Numbered from the stretch's first letter, positions 26,250 to 35,718 are shown. The stretch is DNA of 61,334 nucleotides from a bacterium (GCA_029006015.1 JAQXFY010000003.1:1-61334); one strand, 5' to 3'. The notes: a model not told the origin generated them from the sequence alone. Numbers and translations are program-made.

Positions 26250-26948
26250 TTATTTCCAGGGTTTAACCCCATGAAGCCATCCCCTGCTTGCCCAATATTC
26301 TTTCTCCGCCGGTGATGCACCCCAGTTTGCCTTTTGCATTCCACCGAAAAACCAAAAAAGGATACGGGTTTTAATACCCACTTTCACTTTCTTTTGCCTG
26401 GACAGTTTAGAAGCCAGCCGCTTCATATCTTTTTTGATTTTATTTTTCTTTTTATCAGGCACCCCATGCCAGTTCATGGCATTTACAGAAATACCATACC
26501 TTATAACTTGGGGGATTCCCCAGTTGGTTAAATTATCCGCCACCAACTTATTTGCCTTACCCGCACCCGTCCCTGCTGTTGTTGAAATGACAACAGCACG
26601 TTTTTTAAACATTTCCTCATGCGGCTTATGCGAAAGCCAATTGGTAAAAAACAGATCAAGGAATGCTTTCATCGGCGCGCTTGGCATCATGCAATAATTG
26701 GGCGTTGTCAAAATAACAAGATCGGCCGCTTTTATTGCCTCATCAATTGGCTGCTTATCTTCCCAAAAGGGGCACTTTTCCCTGCCTTCAAGGCAACTGT
26801 AGCATCCCATGCAAAAATGCTTTAAATCCCTTGGCAAAAAGAATTCTTTTACTTCCTTTTCGCAGGTCATATCCTGCAATAACATATCGGCCACATGCCA
26901 TGTGCTGCCCTTGTGATTTTGTCCGTGTATGACAACTATCTTCATCAT
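26250..26948 (-). CDS. Flavodoxin-like fold NAD(P)H-dependent FMN reductase family protein
   Basis: Start reset to ATG 26948. MMKIVVIHGQNHKGSTWHV..., CMGCYSC..., ADLVILTTPNYCMMPSAPMKAFLD. The gene is visibly AT-richer than its neighbours. Confidence 0.75.
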   Translation of the reverse strand: MMKIVVIHGQNHKGSTWHVADMLLQDMTCEKEVKEFFLPRDLKHFCMGCYSCLEGREKCPFWEDKQPIDEAIKAADLVILTTPNYCMMPSAPMKAFLDLFFTNWLSHKPHEEMFKKRAVVISTTAGTGAGKANKLVADNLTNWGIPQVIRYGISVNAMNWHGVPDKKKNKIKKDMKRLASKLSRQKKVKVGIKTRILFWFFGGMQKANWGASPAEKEYWASRGWLHGVKPWK

Positions 26949-27101
26949 GCCATCCCCGCCGTTTCCGTATCTGATACTATTTTCATCCCAACTGCAAAAG
27001 CCCAGGTTATCCCGCCCTCTTGCCGAACCCATTATAGCAAGGAAATATAAAAAATCGGGCCACCGTCATAAAACGGCGGCCCGGCGCATTTCCAATGCCT
27101 T

Positions 27102-28403
27102 TTATTCCTTGAGCTGGGCATTGCTGAAAATACCGCGGTCATTATAGTAATCCATGCCGCAAAGCAGATCGTCATACACAATCAGCCCGGCGCCGGTGCG
27201 CATTTTTCCGCCCGCCAGCACATGCGCTTTGACGTTGCGCTGCAGCGAGGTATCCTCCCGCAGCTGCTCCACCGTGTAGCTCGCCGGGTTATCAAACAAA
27301 AAGCGCTGGAAGTTGCCGAACGAACCCACCACGGGGTACATGTAAAAATGGCGCTGGAACAGGCGCAGGTTGCTGGTTGGCGATAAGAAGGCATCAAGAT
27401 CCTGGCTGAGCACCCAGCTATGCCCGGTAAACACCGTGGGATGAACCTCCGGATAATATTTTTTGAAGAAATCCACCGCCATCGCCCAGGATTGCTCCAC
27501 GGCTTCGTTTGTCATACGCGTGCCGTCGGCCGGGATGTGCATGGCCATGCGCGTATCTCCGGGTTTAAAGACAAGCTCCCAATCCGACAGCGGCAGCGAA
27601 ATGGGATGGTCGATCCACTTGCCCTTGGGCGTGGTGGTATAACCGGTGATATAGCCATCCTGCGCATAAAGGGTGGTAAGGGTGGCCCCTTCCTCGCTCA
27701 TATCGTCCAGGGTGCCCACGGGGAAGCCATCGGGGCGGATCTTTTCGCCATTGCCAAAGAATACCACCAGGCCGCCATCCTTTTTATTGCGGTAGCCATA
27801 CCGGTTATCGCTATATATATCGCACTCAAACTGGAGCCGCCCCAGCCGCACGATCTGCGCACGGGTATACATCAGCCCCCAAGCCAGGGCATTTAAAAGC
27901 AGGCCGTCCACCTCGTTATGGTCGATATCCTTGGTGGCGCTGTAAAAGATGCTGGCGATATAATCCTGACGGCAGAACTCCTCGATTCCGCGGGCCTGAA
28001 CACGCTTCCACATGGTATCGTGCGCGCCCAGCAGCACGGCGGCGGGCAAAAACCAGTTGCCCGTGCGCTCCGGAATGGCCTTCGGGTTGGGCCAGCCCCA
28101 CACCGTGTTAACGGAAAGGCCCTCCGCCAGCACGCCGACGTAATAAATCAGCCAGCAAAACTGTACCAGCGCCGCATCCTTGCGGATGGCGGGCAGGCAG
28201 GCGCGGTAGCCCTTTTCAAAGCGGTCAATATCCAGCCCATACAGGTGCAGTACGCGATCGGGATAATCATCCTGCAGCCAGGGAATATCCCCCTGCGGGG
28301 CTGTGGCCATGGCGGCATCAAAATAGGTTTCCCAGCTTGCCGGCCATTTGGCGATGCCCAGGTTATCCATCAATCCTTCCAAGGTTTTATATGGTTTTTG
28401 CAT
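27102..28403 (-). CDS. Hypothetical cytoplasmic protein (possibly DUF5596/GNAT-like acyltransferase-domain family)
   Basis: Start reset to ATG 28403 (AGGAGGG upstream). 433 aa, clean frame. The family assignment is from weak memory only. Confidence 0.6.
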   Translation of the reverse strand: MQKPYKTLEGLMDNLGIAKWPASWETYFDAAMATAPQGDIPWLQDDYPDRVLHLYGLDIDRFEKGYRACLPAIRKDAALVQFCWLIYYVGVLAEGLSVNTVWGWPNPKAIPERTGNWFLPAAVLLGAHDTMWKRVQARGIEEFCRQDYIASIFYSATKDIDHNEVDGLLLNALAWGLMYTRAQIVRLGRLQFECDIYSDNRYGYRNKKDGGLVVFFGNGEKIRPDGFPVGTLDDMSEEGATLTTLYAQDGYITGYTTTPKGKWIDHPISLPLSDWELVFKPGDTRMAMHIPADGTRMTNEAVEQSWAMAVDFFKKYYPEVHPTVFTGHSWVLSQDLDAFLSPTSNLRLFQRHFYMYPVVGSFGNFQRFLFDNPASYTVEQLREDTSLQRNVKAHVLAGGKMRTGAGLIVYDDLLCGMDYYNDRGIFSNAQLKE

Positions 28404-28603
28404 GGTGATCCACCCTCCTGTGGCAAACACATCCGTGTTTCTGGTTATTATAACACGCAAGGCCGGATGGCGTAAATCCACCCAGGCGGCCGATCCGCAC
28501 AAAGGGCTAAACAGCGCCGCAGCCGGGGTTGAACAGGGTATGTTCCGCTATCCCGCGGATAACGCCGGCCAATCCGTCGGCCGCCCGCCGCCCTGTGCAG
28601 CAT

Positions 28604-28643
28604 AAAACGGGGCAGCGCCCGATAAGCGGCGCCACCCCGTTTT
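28604..28643 (-). terminator. Intrinsic terminator after the ECF S-component gene
   Basis: AAAACGGGG-(22 nt with an inner GCGCC/GGCGC stem)-CCCCGTTTT. Confidence 0.75.
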
Positions 28644-28703
28644 CTTCATCACAATGGCCCTATTGGGCCAATTTCCCTGATGCCGTTACCCGCGCAAACC
28701 CGT

Positions 28704-29264
28704 TTAGCCCTGAATGCCCTTTTTCAAAATGGGCCGGATAGCGGCCAGCACCGCAAAGCCCAACACGCCGCCCATCAATGCGGTATACAGCTGAGGCATG
28801 GCAAACATGCCGCCGATAACGGCAGCCTTCTTATCGCCCAGCGCGGTGGTTAAAAACGTCGGCACCGCCCACTTGACCACCATGAGGTACAGCGCGCCAA
28901 ACTTTAAGACCGCACCGGCCACAATCGCCATGACAGCCTTCAGCCAGGGATTGACTTTTTCCGGCTTGAGGCACAGCGCCACCACCACCACCAGCACCAG
29001 GTTGCCCACGGCTACCAGCGGGATCATCCCCACATGGGGCAGATGGCCCTGTAAAAGAGCAACGATGGGCGTGGCCACCGAGATAATCAAACCGCTCCAG
29101 ATGCCAACGGCCGCGGCCGCCACCACCAGCACCGTATTGACCAGCGTACCGACGATCAACGTCGAAACCCCGGGGAATACCAGGCGGATGGCCTGGAAAA
29201 GGAGTGCAAGGGCCAGCAGCAACCCGGTATAGGCTACCCACCTGGCGGTAGACAATTTTTTCAT
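28704..29264 (-). CDS. ECF-transporter S (substrate-binding) component, substrate unknown
   Basis: 186 aa, 6 hydrophobic helices. The N-terminus ARWVAYTGLLLALALLFQAI is typical of ECF S units. No EcfA/A'/T genes are present in the window. Confidence 0.75.
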   Translation of the reverse strand: MKKLSTARWVAYTGLLLALALLFQAIRLVFPGVSTLIVGTLVNTVLVVAAAAVGIWSGLIISVATPIVALLQGHLPHVGMIPLVAVGNLVLVVVVALCLKPEKVNPWLKAVMAIVAGAVLKFGALYLMVVKWAVPTFLTTALGDKKAAVIGGMFAMPQLYTALMGGVLGFAVLAAIRPILKKGIQG

Positions 29265-29539
29265 GGCAGAACCCCTCCTTCAAAAGTAGCCGGCGTCAAG
29301 GCAGCTTTGACCGTGACACCCGCAATCCCCCCCAGTTGCCCCGTCAGCGCACCGACCGCATCGGGCGAGCCTTCCACCACCACCGCGATGGCGGAAATGC
29401 CGCGCGCACGGTAAGGAATACCCATGCGGCCAATAATCAACCCCTCATGGCGGCTGAGCACCGCGTTGACCTGCGGCGCCGCCTGATGGCGATCCTCAAT
29501 AACGATGGCGACAACGCCGATACGCGTTTGGGCCGGCAT
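29261..29539 (-). CDS. TM1266-family small ACT/NikR-C-like putative regulator (annotated in databases as iron-only hydrogenase system regulator)
   Basis: Start reset to ATG 29539 (GGGGGA 6 nt upstream). RIGVVAIVIEDRHQAAPQVNAVLSRHEGLIIGRMGIPYRARGISAIAVVVEGSPDAVGALTGQLGGIAGVTVK matches my memory of the family pattern. Its 3' end overlaps the S-component start by 4 nt. Confidence 0.7.
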   Translation of the reverse strand: MPAQTRIGVVAIVIEDRHQAAPQVNAVLSRHEGLIIGRMGIPYRARGISAIAVVVEGSPDAVGALTGQLGGIAGVTVKAALTPATFEGGVLP

Positions 29540-29758
29540 ATGCATTCCCCCTTATAAGCAGCGTGCCCCAAAGGCCGGGTATGGATAAAAAACGCCGCTG
29601 CCTATTGCAGCGGCGCGGCAAACAGATATCTTTTCCGCAGCGCGGCGGCTTGCCCCCGCACTCCAAATAAAAAGCTCTGCCGCCGGGCCGGCTGCGCAGC
29701 ACGCTCCGCAACCCGCACCGGGGATAATTTATTATAACCGAATCGGTATAATTTGTAA
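29540..29758 (-). promoter_or_regulatory. Promoter plus a structured 5' leader of about 190 nt with two terminator-like hairpins (candidate riboswitch or attenuator, class unknown)
   Basis: Minus strand TTACAA (29753-29758), 16 nt spacer, TATAAT (29731-29736). Hairpin 1 at about 29674-29700 is followed by UUUUUAUUU. Hairpin 2, CGCCGCTGC-ctatt-GCAGCGGCG (29593-29615), is followed by UUUUUU. The SD and ATG lie 48 nt further on. Confidence 0.55.
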
Positions 29759-29830
29759 ATACGCCACCAAAATCATCCTATTTAAAATAGCCCCGCATCC
29801 TGTAGGCCCCTATTTCCCATTTTTATATAA

Positions 29831-29864
29831 GCATAATAAAGGGGCAGCCACCGGCCGCCCCTTT
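29831..29864 (-). terminator. Intrinsic terminator after mscL
   Basis: AAAGGGGC-(11 nt)-GCCCCTTT, with TTTATTAT following on the minus strand. Confidence 0.7.
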
Positions 29865-29913
29865 AGCATAGGATACCCTGCGCCGCCCTGCAAGGCAGCA
29901 TCCATGAAAAGCC

Positions 29914-30399
29914 TTATTCCTGCCGCCCGGCAGCGCCGCCCTGCTTGGCCAGCATATCGCGGATTTCCGTCAGCACATCCAACTCCGTGGGAACAGGCGG
30001 CTGCTGTGCGGCGGCTTCGGCCTCCAGGCGGGCCTGCTCGGCAGCCAGCGCCTCGGCCTTGGCTTCCCGCTTGCGGCGGCCGGCGTTTAGGATTTTCACC
30101 ATCAAAAATACCGTCAGCGCCACAATCAGGAAATTGATAATCGCCTGGATAAACAAGCCATAATTAATCGAAACCATCGGGGTGACTACCGTTTCCCCAT
30201 CCATGACCGCTTCTTTGAGCACCAGCTGCAGATCGCTAAAATCCACACCGGCGGTCAGCAGGCCGATGGCGGGCATAAACACATCGTTAACCAGGGAATT
30301 AACGATTTTGGTAAAAGCACCGCCGATGATAACGCCCACTGCCATATCAAAGGCATTGCCCTTGACCGCAAATTCCTTAAACTCCTTAAAGAACTTCAT
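29914..30399 (-). CDS. mscL: Large-conductance mechanosensitive channel
   Basis: Start reset to ATG 30399. MKFFKEFKEFAVKGNAFDMAVGVIIGGAFTKIVNSLVNDVFMP is the canonical MscL N-terminus. It has an unusually long Ala/Glu-rich C-terminal tail. Confidence 0.93.
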   Translation of the reverse strand: MKFFKEFKEFAVKGNAFDMAVGVIIGGAFTKIVNSLVNDVFMPAIGLLTAGVDFSDLQLVLKEAVMDGETVVTPMVSINYGLFIQAIINFLIVALTVFLMVKILNAGRRKREAKAEALAAEQARLEAEAAAQQPPVPTELDVLTEIRDMLAKQGGAAGRQE

Positions 30400-30439
30400 G
30401 GCTCTCTTCTCCCCCGCCTTTAACGTGTCGTGCAAAGCA

Positions 30440-31309
30440 TCATTGGGCACCGATGTCATGCAATATCCCCTTTAGCGCCTGGGCGGCCACATGGAAGGCC
30501 TCCCGGTTGGACGAGAAGGAATTCATCAAAAATTTATCCACATTCCCTCCCTGATGCTGGCTGGACAGGCCGACAAAATCCATCAAATGCGGCTCCAACG
30601 ATACAAAGCAGGGTTTGTTGGCCTGCAAACGGGCGGCCAGCACTTCCTTTAAGCGGGCCTTGCCTTCGCCGGGCACCACCACACGGCCGTCCTGCGGCGT
30701 GCCGTCTTTGATGTGCAGATACTCGATATAATCCTTCAGCAGTTCATATGCGTGCATGGGATCGATGCCGCACAGAATAAAGTTGCCCGGATCCAGCACC
30801 GTGCGCAGCTCGCCGCCGAAGGTTTTCATCATATCCAGGCAGCGCTCCGGCGTTTCGCCATAGATATGCCCTTCGTTTTCATGGCACAGCTTGACGCCGC
30901 TTCCCCGCGCCAGGGCCAGGTATTTTTCCAGGCGCTCCATAACCTCGTCCTGGTAAATCGCCGGATCCTGATCGTGGGGCAAAAAGAAGCTGAACATGCG
31001 CACATAGGGGGTTCCCAGTTCGCGCGCAATATCGATAACGCGCTTGCACTTATCAAGATCTTCCGCCTGGCTTTGGGTAATCTCGATCTTGCCGATGGGC
31101 GAGCCGATGGCCGATACCCGGATGCCCGCGCGGGCCAGTTTTTCCTTGACATCGCCAAGCTCCGCATCGGTTAAATTGGCGATATTTTTGCCATCCACCC
31201 CGCGAATCTCGATAAAACCGATGCCTTCGTCCTTAAGCGCGGCCAGCTGGCCGTCAAAGGAGGTATCGGCCTCATCCGCAAAGCCGGTTAAAATCATCTT
31301 TTGTTCCAT
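30440..31309 (-). CDS. Sugar phosphate isomerase/epimerase (xylose-isomerase-like TIM barrel)
   Basis: 289 aa. FIEIRGVDGKNI, VRMFSFF, KLCHENEGHIYG, LHIKDG are family-typical metal and TIM-barrel motifs. Confidence 0.8.
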   Translation of the reverse strand: MEQKMILTGFADEADTSFDGQLAALKDEGIGFIEIRGVDGKNIANLTDAELGDVKEKLARAGIRVSAIGSPIGKIEITQSQAEDLDKCKRVIDIARELGTPYVRMFSFFLPHDQDPAIYQDEVMERLEKYLALARGSGVKLCHENEGHIYGETPERCLDMMKTFGGELRTVLDPGNFILCGIDPMHAYELLKDYIEYLHIKDGTPQDGRVVVPGEGKARLKEVLAARLQANKPCFVSLEPHLMDFVGLSSQHQGGNVDKFLMNSFSSNREAFHVAAQALKGILHDIGAQ

Positions 31310-31323
31310 AACGCCGCTCCCCC

Positions 31324-32157
31324 TTATACGCCGGAATAGGCGCTAAAGCCGCCGTCGATGGGCACGACAACGCCCGTGATAAACGATGCCTTTTCCTCGT
31401 CCAGCAGCCACATCAACGCACCCAGGATCTCCTCCGGCTTGCCGAAGCGGCCCATCGGCGTGGCTGCCAGTATTTTTTCACTGCGCGGCGTCAGCGAGCC
31501 ATCGGGGTTTAGCAGCAGCTTTTCGTTTTGCTGGGTAACAAAGAAGCCCGGGGCAATGGCGTTGACGCGCACGCCCACCGGCGCCATATGCACGGCCAGC
31601 CACTGCGTAAAGTTGGAAATGGCGGCCTTGGCACCGCTGTAAGCCGGGATCTTGGTCAGCGGCCTGAAAGCATTCATGGAAGAAACGTTGACAATGCAGC
31701 AGCCTTCGCGCCCAACCATATCGCGGGCAAACTCCTGCGTGGGCAGCACCGTGCCCAGGAAGTTCAGGTCAAACACAAAGCCGATATCTTCCTTGGACAG
31801 GCTAAAGAAGGTGGTCTTGCCTTCTTCGCCCAGCACATCCTCCGGAGACATGGTTTCCCCCGTCGTCGTGGCGCGCGGATGGTTGCCGCCCGCGCCGTTA
31901 ATCAGCATATCCACCGGGCCAAAGGCGGCGCGCACCTCGTCCGCCGCTGCTTTAATGGCCTCCTTATTCAGCACATCGATATACACGCCGATGGCCTTGC
32001 CGCCGGCAGCCGTAATTTCATCGGCCAGCTTTTTCGCCGGTTCCACCGCGCGGTCCAGGATGGCTACCTTGGCGCCCTCAACCGCCAGCGCGCGCGCAAA
32101 GCCGGAGCACAGCACGCCCGCCCCGCCGGTAATGGCGATGACTTTTCCCGCAATCAT
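31324..32157 (-). CDS. SDR-family oxidoreductase, UxuB-like (putative D-mannonate oxidoreductase)
   Basis: GKVIAITGGAGVLC Rossmann motif, NGAGGNHP, and YSGAKAA catalytic YxxxK. Its ATG directly abuts the uxuA stop (TAAATG). Confidence 0.8.
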   Translation of the reverse strand: MIAGKVIAITGGAGVLCSGFARALAVEGAKVAILDRAVEPAKKLADEITAAGGKAIGVYIDVLNKEAIKAAADEVRAAFGPVDMLINGAGGNHPRATTTGETMSPEDVLGEEGKTTFFSLSKEDIGFVFDLNFLGTVLPTQEFARDMVGREGCCIVNVSSMNAFRPLTKIPAYSGAKAAISNFTQWLAVHMAPVGVRVNAIAPGFFVTQQNEKLLLNPDGSLTPRSEKILAATPMGRFGKPEEILGALMWLLDEEKASFITGVVVPIDGGFSAYSGV

Positions 32158-33204
32158 TTATTTCCCCTCCATCGCAGCAACCGCATCCCACAGGCCCAGC
32201 AGGTACTGGCTGCCCAGCGCGCGGTCATACAGGCCATAGCCGGGTTTACCGGTTTCGCCCCAGATCATGCGGCCATGGTCGGGCCGGATGTAGCCGGTAA
32301 AGCCGCAATCATACAACGCCTTGATAAGACCGGGCATATCCAGCGAACCCTTGGCCGCATAATGCGCCGCTTCCTGGAAGCCGCCCGGCGTTTTGAGCAC
32401 GTTGCGCGCATGCACAAAGGGCACGCGGTCCATCCCGGCATATTTTTTAGCCAGCTTGACGATATCGTTTTTATCCGCGCATCCCAGCGAACCGACGCAC
32501 AGCGTCAGGCCGTTGGAGGGCGAATCGACGATGGACAGCACGCGATCCAGTGCCGCTTCGCAGGTGATAATGCGCGGCAGGCCAAAGATGGGCCACGGCG
32601 GATCGTCCGGATGGATGGCCATGCGGATGCCGGCCTTTTCGGCTACGGGCACGATGGCTTTAATAAAGTAGGCAAAGTTTTCCCACAGCTTTTCCTCGTC
32701 CACATGGGAATAGGCGTCAAACAGCTCCTGCAGATCTTCTTTCTTATAGGAGGCATCCCAGCCGGGCAGGGACAGCTCGCCCGACAGCGGGTTCATCTTT
32801 TTAACCTGCTCCGGATCGTAAATCAGGGCGTTGGAACCATCGGGCAGCACATGGGCCAGATCGGTGCGCGTCCAGTCAAACACCGGCATAAAGTTGTAGC
32901 AGATGCACTTAACGCCCACTTCGCCCAGGCGGCGGATGTTTTCCTGATAGTTGGCGATATACTCATCCCGCTTGCCGCGGCCCAGCTTGATATCCTCATG
33001 CACGGGCACGCTTTCGACCACCTCAAACTCCAGCCCGGCATCCTCGATGGTCTTTTTCAAAGCGGCAATGCGCTCGCGCGGCCAAGCCTGGCCAACGGGC
33101 ACATCATAAATGGCCGATACCACGCCCGTGGCGCCCGGGATCTGGCGCAGTTTTTCCAGCGTTACCGGATCATCCTCGCCATACCAACGAAACGTCATCT
33201 TCAT
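32158..33204 (-). CDS. uxuA: Mannonate dehydratase
   Basis: Start reset to ATG 33204. [41 protein letters not shown]..., [15 protein letters not shown] is the canonical UxuA sequence. Confidence 0.92.
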   Translation of the reverse strand: MKMTFRWYGEDDPVTLEKLRQIPGATGVVSAIYDVPVGQAWPRERIAALKKTIEDAGLEFEVVESVPVHEDIKLGRGKRDEYIANYQENIRRLGEVGVKCICYNFMPVFDWTRTDLAHVLPDGSNALIYDPEQVKKMNPLSGELSLPGWDASYKKEDLQELFDAYSHVDEEKLWENFAYFIKAIVPVAEKAGIRMAIHPDDPPWPIFGLPRIITCEAALDRVLSIVDSPSNGLTLCVGSLGCADKNDIVKLAKKYAGMDRVPFVHARNVLKTPGGFQEAAHYAAKGSLDMPGLIKALYDCGFTGYIRPDHGRMIWGETGKPGYGLYDRALGSQYLLGLWDAVAAMEGK

Positions 33205-33208
33205 AGAA

Positions 33209-33970
33209 TCAATACAGCTCCTTTGCAGCAAATTCAAAACTGGCCTTCAGGCAATCGACAGGATCGCGCCCATAGCAATCATCCTGCTCGATGGGATAAT
33301 ATTCCACGCCGGTTTCCTTGCACACGGCAAAGATGGCGTCCCAATCCAGGTTTCCCTCGCCCACGGCGGCATAACGGCGCGTATCGGATACGATCTGCGT
33401 ATCCTTCAGGTGCACAATGGGCGTGCGGTGGGCAAACTGGGCGATAACCTTGGCCGGGCTGGCGCCGCCCGCCTGGATCCAGTGGGTATCCAGAATAAAG
33501 CCCAGCTCATCGGCGGCAAACAATTCGTCCATGCGCTCGAGCATGGTCTGCCCGCCAAAGCGTTCAAACTCAAACCGGTGGTTATGGTAGCAGAAAAGCA
33601 GCCCGGCATCACGGATTTTACGCGCCGCGGTGATCACCTTTTTATAAAAGGCATCCACCCCGCCCTCGCACCGGAATTCCTCGGGCATGGAGCCCAGGCC
33701 GATGTAACGGCAGTTCCACAGTTTGTGATCGGCGATAACGGCATCGGTATCCTCCAGGATGCGGTCAAACGCGGTGTGGGTAACGCAGATATGCATGCCG
33801 GTTTCATCGCAGATATCCTTCAGCTGCTGGGCCGGCATGGGGCAAATGGCCGAAACCTGGACGGTTTCAAAGCCGATTTGCTGCAAGCGCTTGAATGTAT
33901 GCAGCGTATTCTCCGGCGTTTTGCATAGGTTGCGCACCGTATAAAGTTGGGCAGCAATCTTGGGGTACAT
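33209..33970 (-). CDS. Sugar phosphate isomerase/epimerase (xylose-isomerase-like TIM barrel), second copy in the cluster
   Basis: Start reset to ATG 33970 (AAGGAGG upstream). [35 protein letters not shown]. Confidence 0.8.
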   Translation of the reverse strand: MYPKIAAQLYTVRNLCKTPENTLHTFKRLQQIGFETVQVSAICPMPAQQLKDICDETGMHICVTHTAFDRILEDTDAVIADHKLWNCRYIGLGSMPEEFRCEGGVDAFYKKVITAARKIRDAGLLFCYHNHRFEFERFGGQTMLERMDELFAADELGFILDTHWIQAGGASPAKVIAQFAHRTPIVHLKDTQIVSDTRRYAAVGEGNLDWDAIFAVCKETGVEYYPIEQDDCYGRDPVDCLKASFEFAAKELY

Positions 33971-34005
33971 GGCAAAGCCTCCTTCTCTTTGGCCCCGGCG
34001 CGCCC

Positions 34006-35172
34006 TTAGTTGCCGTAGGAGCCGGGCGCCCACAGGATCTGGGCATTGGTTTTTTTCTGGAACTTGGAGTTTTTGATGCGTTCCTGCAGCATATTATAGA
34101 ACAAATCCTCATCCAACGGCAGCTCCACCCAATCATCCAACCAGGAGGACAGGTGGATGGCGTTGGAAATGGTCAAGCCCTTGATGCCCTCGTACCCCGG
34201 GGCAATCAGCTCGTCCCCATACAGGATGGCACGGGTAAAGTTGGTCATGATGGCCACATGCTCGCCCGGCTTGCCTTCGTAGGTTACCTCGCGCGTGGTA
34301 TGCTTGGGGGACCCAAAGCCGCCCGTCCAGGTGGCGTTAAACTCGCGCTCGCTCATTTCGTTGAGGGTTAAGGTAATCTTGCCGTCCTCACCGACCATTT
34401 TGCCCATATCGCCGGTAATTTCAAAGCGGTTGGTTCCCGGCGTATCCGATGTGGAGGTAACAAAGACGCCCGTCGCCCCGTTTTCGTATTCCACATAGGC
34501 GGTAACGTCATCCTCCACCTCGATATTATGCATTTTGCCGTAGTAGCAGAAACCGCGCACGCGCTTGGGCATCATACCGGTTACCCACTGCCACAGATCC
34601 AAGTTGTGCGGGCACTGGTTAAGCAGCACGCCGCCGCCCTCGCCCTGCCATGTGGCGCGCCAGGAGCCGGAATCGTAGTAGCTTTGCGGGCGGTACCAGT
34701 TGGTGATAATCCAGTTGATGCGGCGGATCTCCCCCAGCGTGCCATCCTGCACCACCTTGCGCATGGCCTCATAATACGGGTTGGGCCGGGTGGAATACAT
34801 GATGCCGAACACCTTGCCGCTTTTCTTGGCAGCTTCGTTCATTTCGCGCCCGGCCGTGGTATATACGCCGGCCGGCTTTTCGGGACTAACGTTAAGCCCC
34901 GCCTCAAACGCCTTGATGGCGATAGGCGGATGGAAATAGTGGGGCGTGGCGATGATGACCGCATCCACCGTGCCGGAGGCAATCAGCTCATCCGCGGTGG
35001 CAAAACGGCTGACGCCCTCGCCAAAGCTTTCCTTAGCCCAGGCCAGGCGGTTTACATCAATATCCGCCACGGCGCCCAGGCAGGCATCGGGCACATTGCC
35101 CTTAAACAGGTTGGTAGCATGCTGGCTACCCATGGTACCGATGCCGATAATCCCAAACCGAACCTTGTCCAT
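34006..35172 (-). CDS. Gfo/Idh/MocA-family oxidoreductase
   Basis: Start reset to ATG 35172 (AAGGAGG 6 nt upstream). VRFGIIGIGTMGSQHATNL Rossmann motif and EKP motif. First gene of the uxu-like cluster. Confidence 0.88.
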   Translation of the reverse strand: MDKVRFGIIGIGTMGSQHATNLFKGNVPDACLGAVADIDVNRLAWAKESFGEGVSRFATADELIASGTVDAVIIATPHYFHPPIAIKAFEAGLNVSPEKPAGVYTTAGREMNEAAKKSGKVFGIMYSTRPNPYYEAMRKVVQDGTLGEIRRINWIITNWYRPQSYYDSGSWRATWQGEGGGVLLNQCPHNLDLWQWVTGMMPKRVRGFCYYGKMHNIEVEDDVTAYVEYENGATGVFVTSTSDTPGTNRFEITGDMGKMVGEDGKITLTLNEMSEREFNATWTGGFGSPKHTTREVTYEGKPGEHVAIMTNFTRAILYGDELIAPGYEGIKGLTISNAIHLSSWLDDWVELPLDEDLFYNMLQERIKNSKFQKKTNAQILWAPGSYGN

Positions 35173-35688
35173 ACCCATCCTCCTTAGATGTTTGTTTCCG
35201 AAATAACGCGGCCCATCCGGCCGCTGCAAGCGTATATTCATCATACCACGTTGCGCGCCATGCTGCACGCTTTTTAGAAGCAAACCGCCCATTTTTTGCA
35301 TTTTTCCGCCCGTCAACCGGCCCGATTGTATCCTTTTGCCGGCATCCGGCCGATGCATGCCGGGTGCGCCCGACAACAGTGCCTCCATCGTTTGCGATAG
35401 CCCCATAAAACAACGTCAAAAAAAGGCGCATCTGTTAAAGGCTCGCTTGCCCCTACACCAAAACCATTCGCCGGAATTTAGGCTTCTTTGCGCCATCGGC
35501 CCGGTGTCCGGCGGCTTAAAAACCGGCTTTAAGCCGCACCCTGGGCATCCATATGCTGTATATAAATTGAATATTTTTTCTGTTTTCTTGCAGCAGCCGG
35601 CAGTTTTCCTCATATCAAAATAAAAAAGCGCCCCGGCACATTTTTCATGCGCCAGGGTGATTCCCATTTTCTTCTTCCGGCCCATTTC

Positions 35689-35718
35689 GCATAAGCCATG
35701 CACATTAAGCGCAAAATA
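35689..35718 (+). promoter_or_regulatory. Forespore (SigG/SigF-type) promoter-like site
   Basis: GCATA (35689-35693), 18 nt spacer, CAAAATA (35712-35718), just upstream of the SD of the YhcN/YlaJ gene. It matches the GnATA-18-CAnnnTA pattern as I remember it. Confidence 0.4.

Noticed and set aside
29540-29730. Attempt to assign the ECF/TM1266 leader to a known riboswitch class (TPP, THF, FMN, cobalamin, preQ1, ZTP, fluoride, Mn, NiCo, guanidine)
   Set aside because: I could not find any of the conserved core sequences I remember for these classes. The leader stays unclassified rather than named. An Rfam covariance-model scan is needed.
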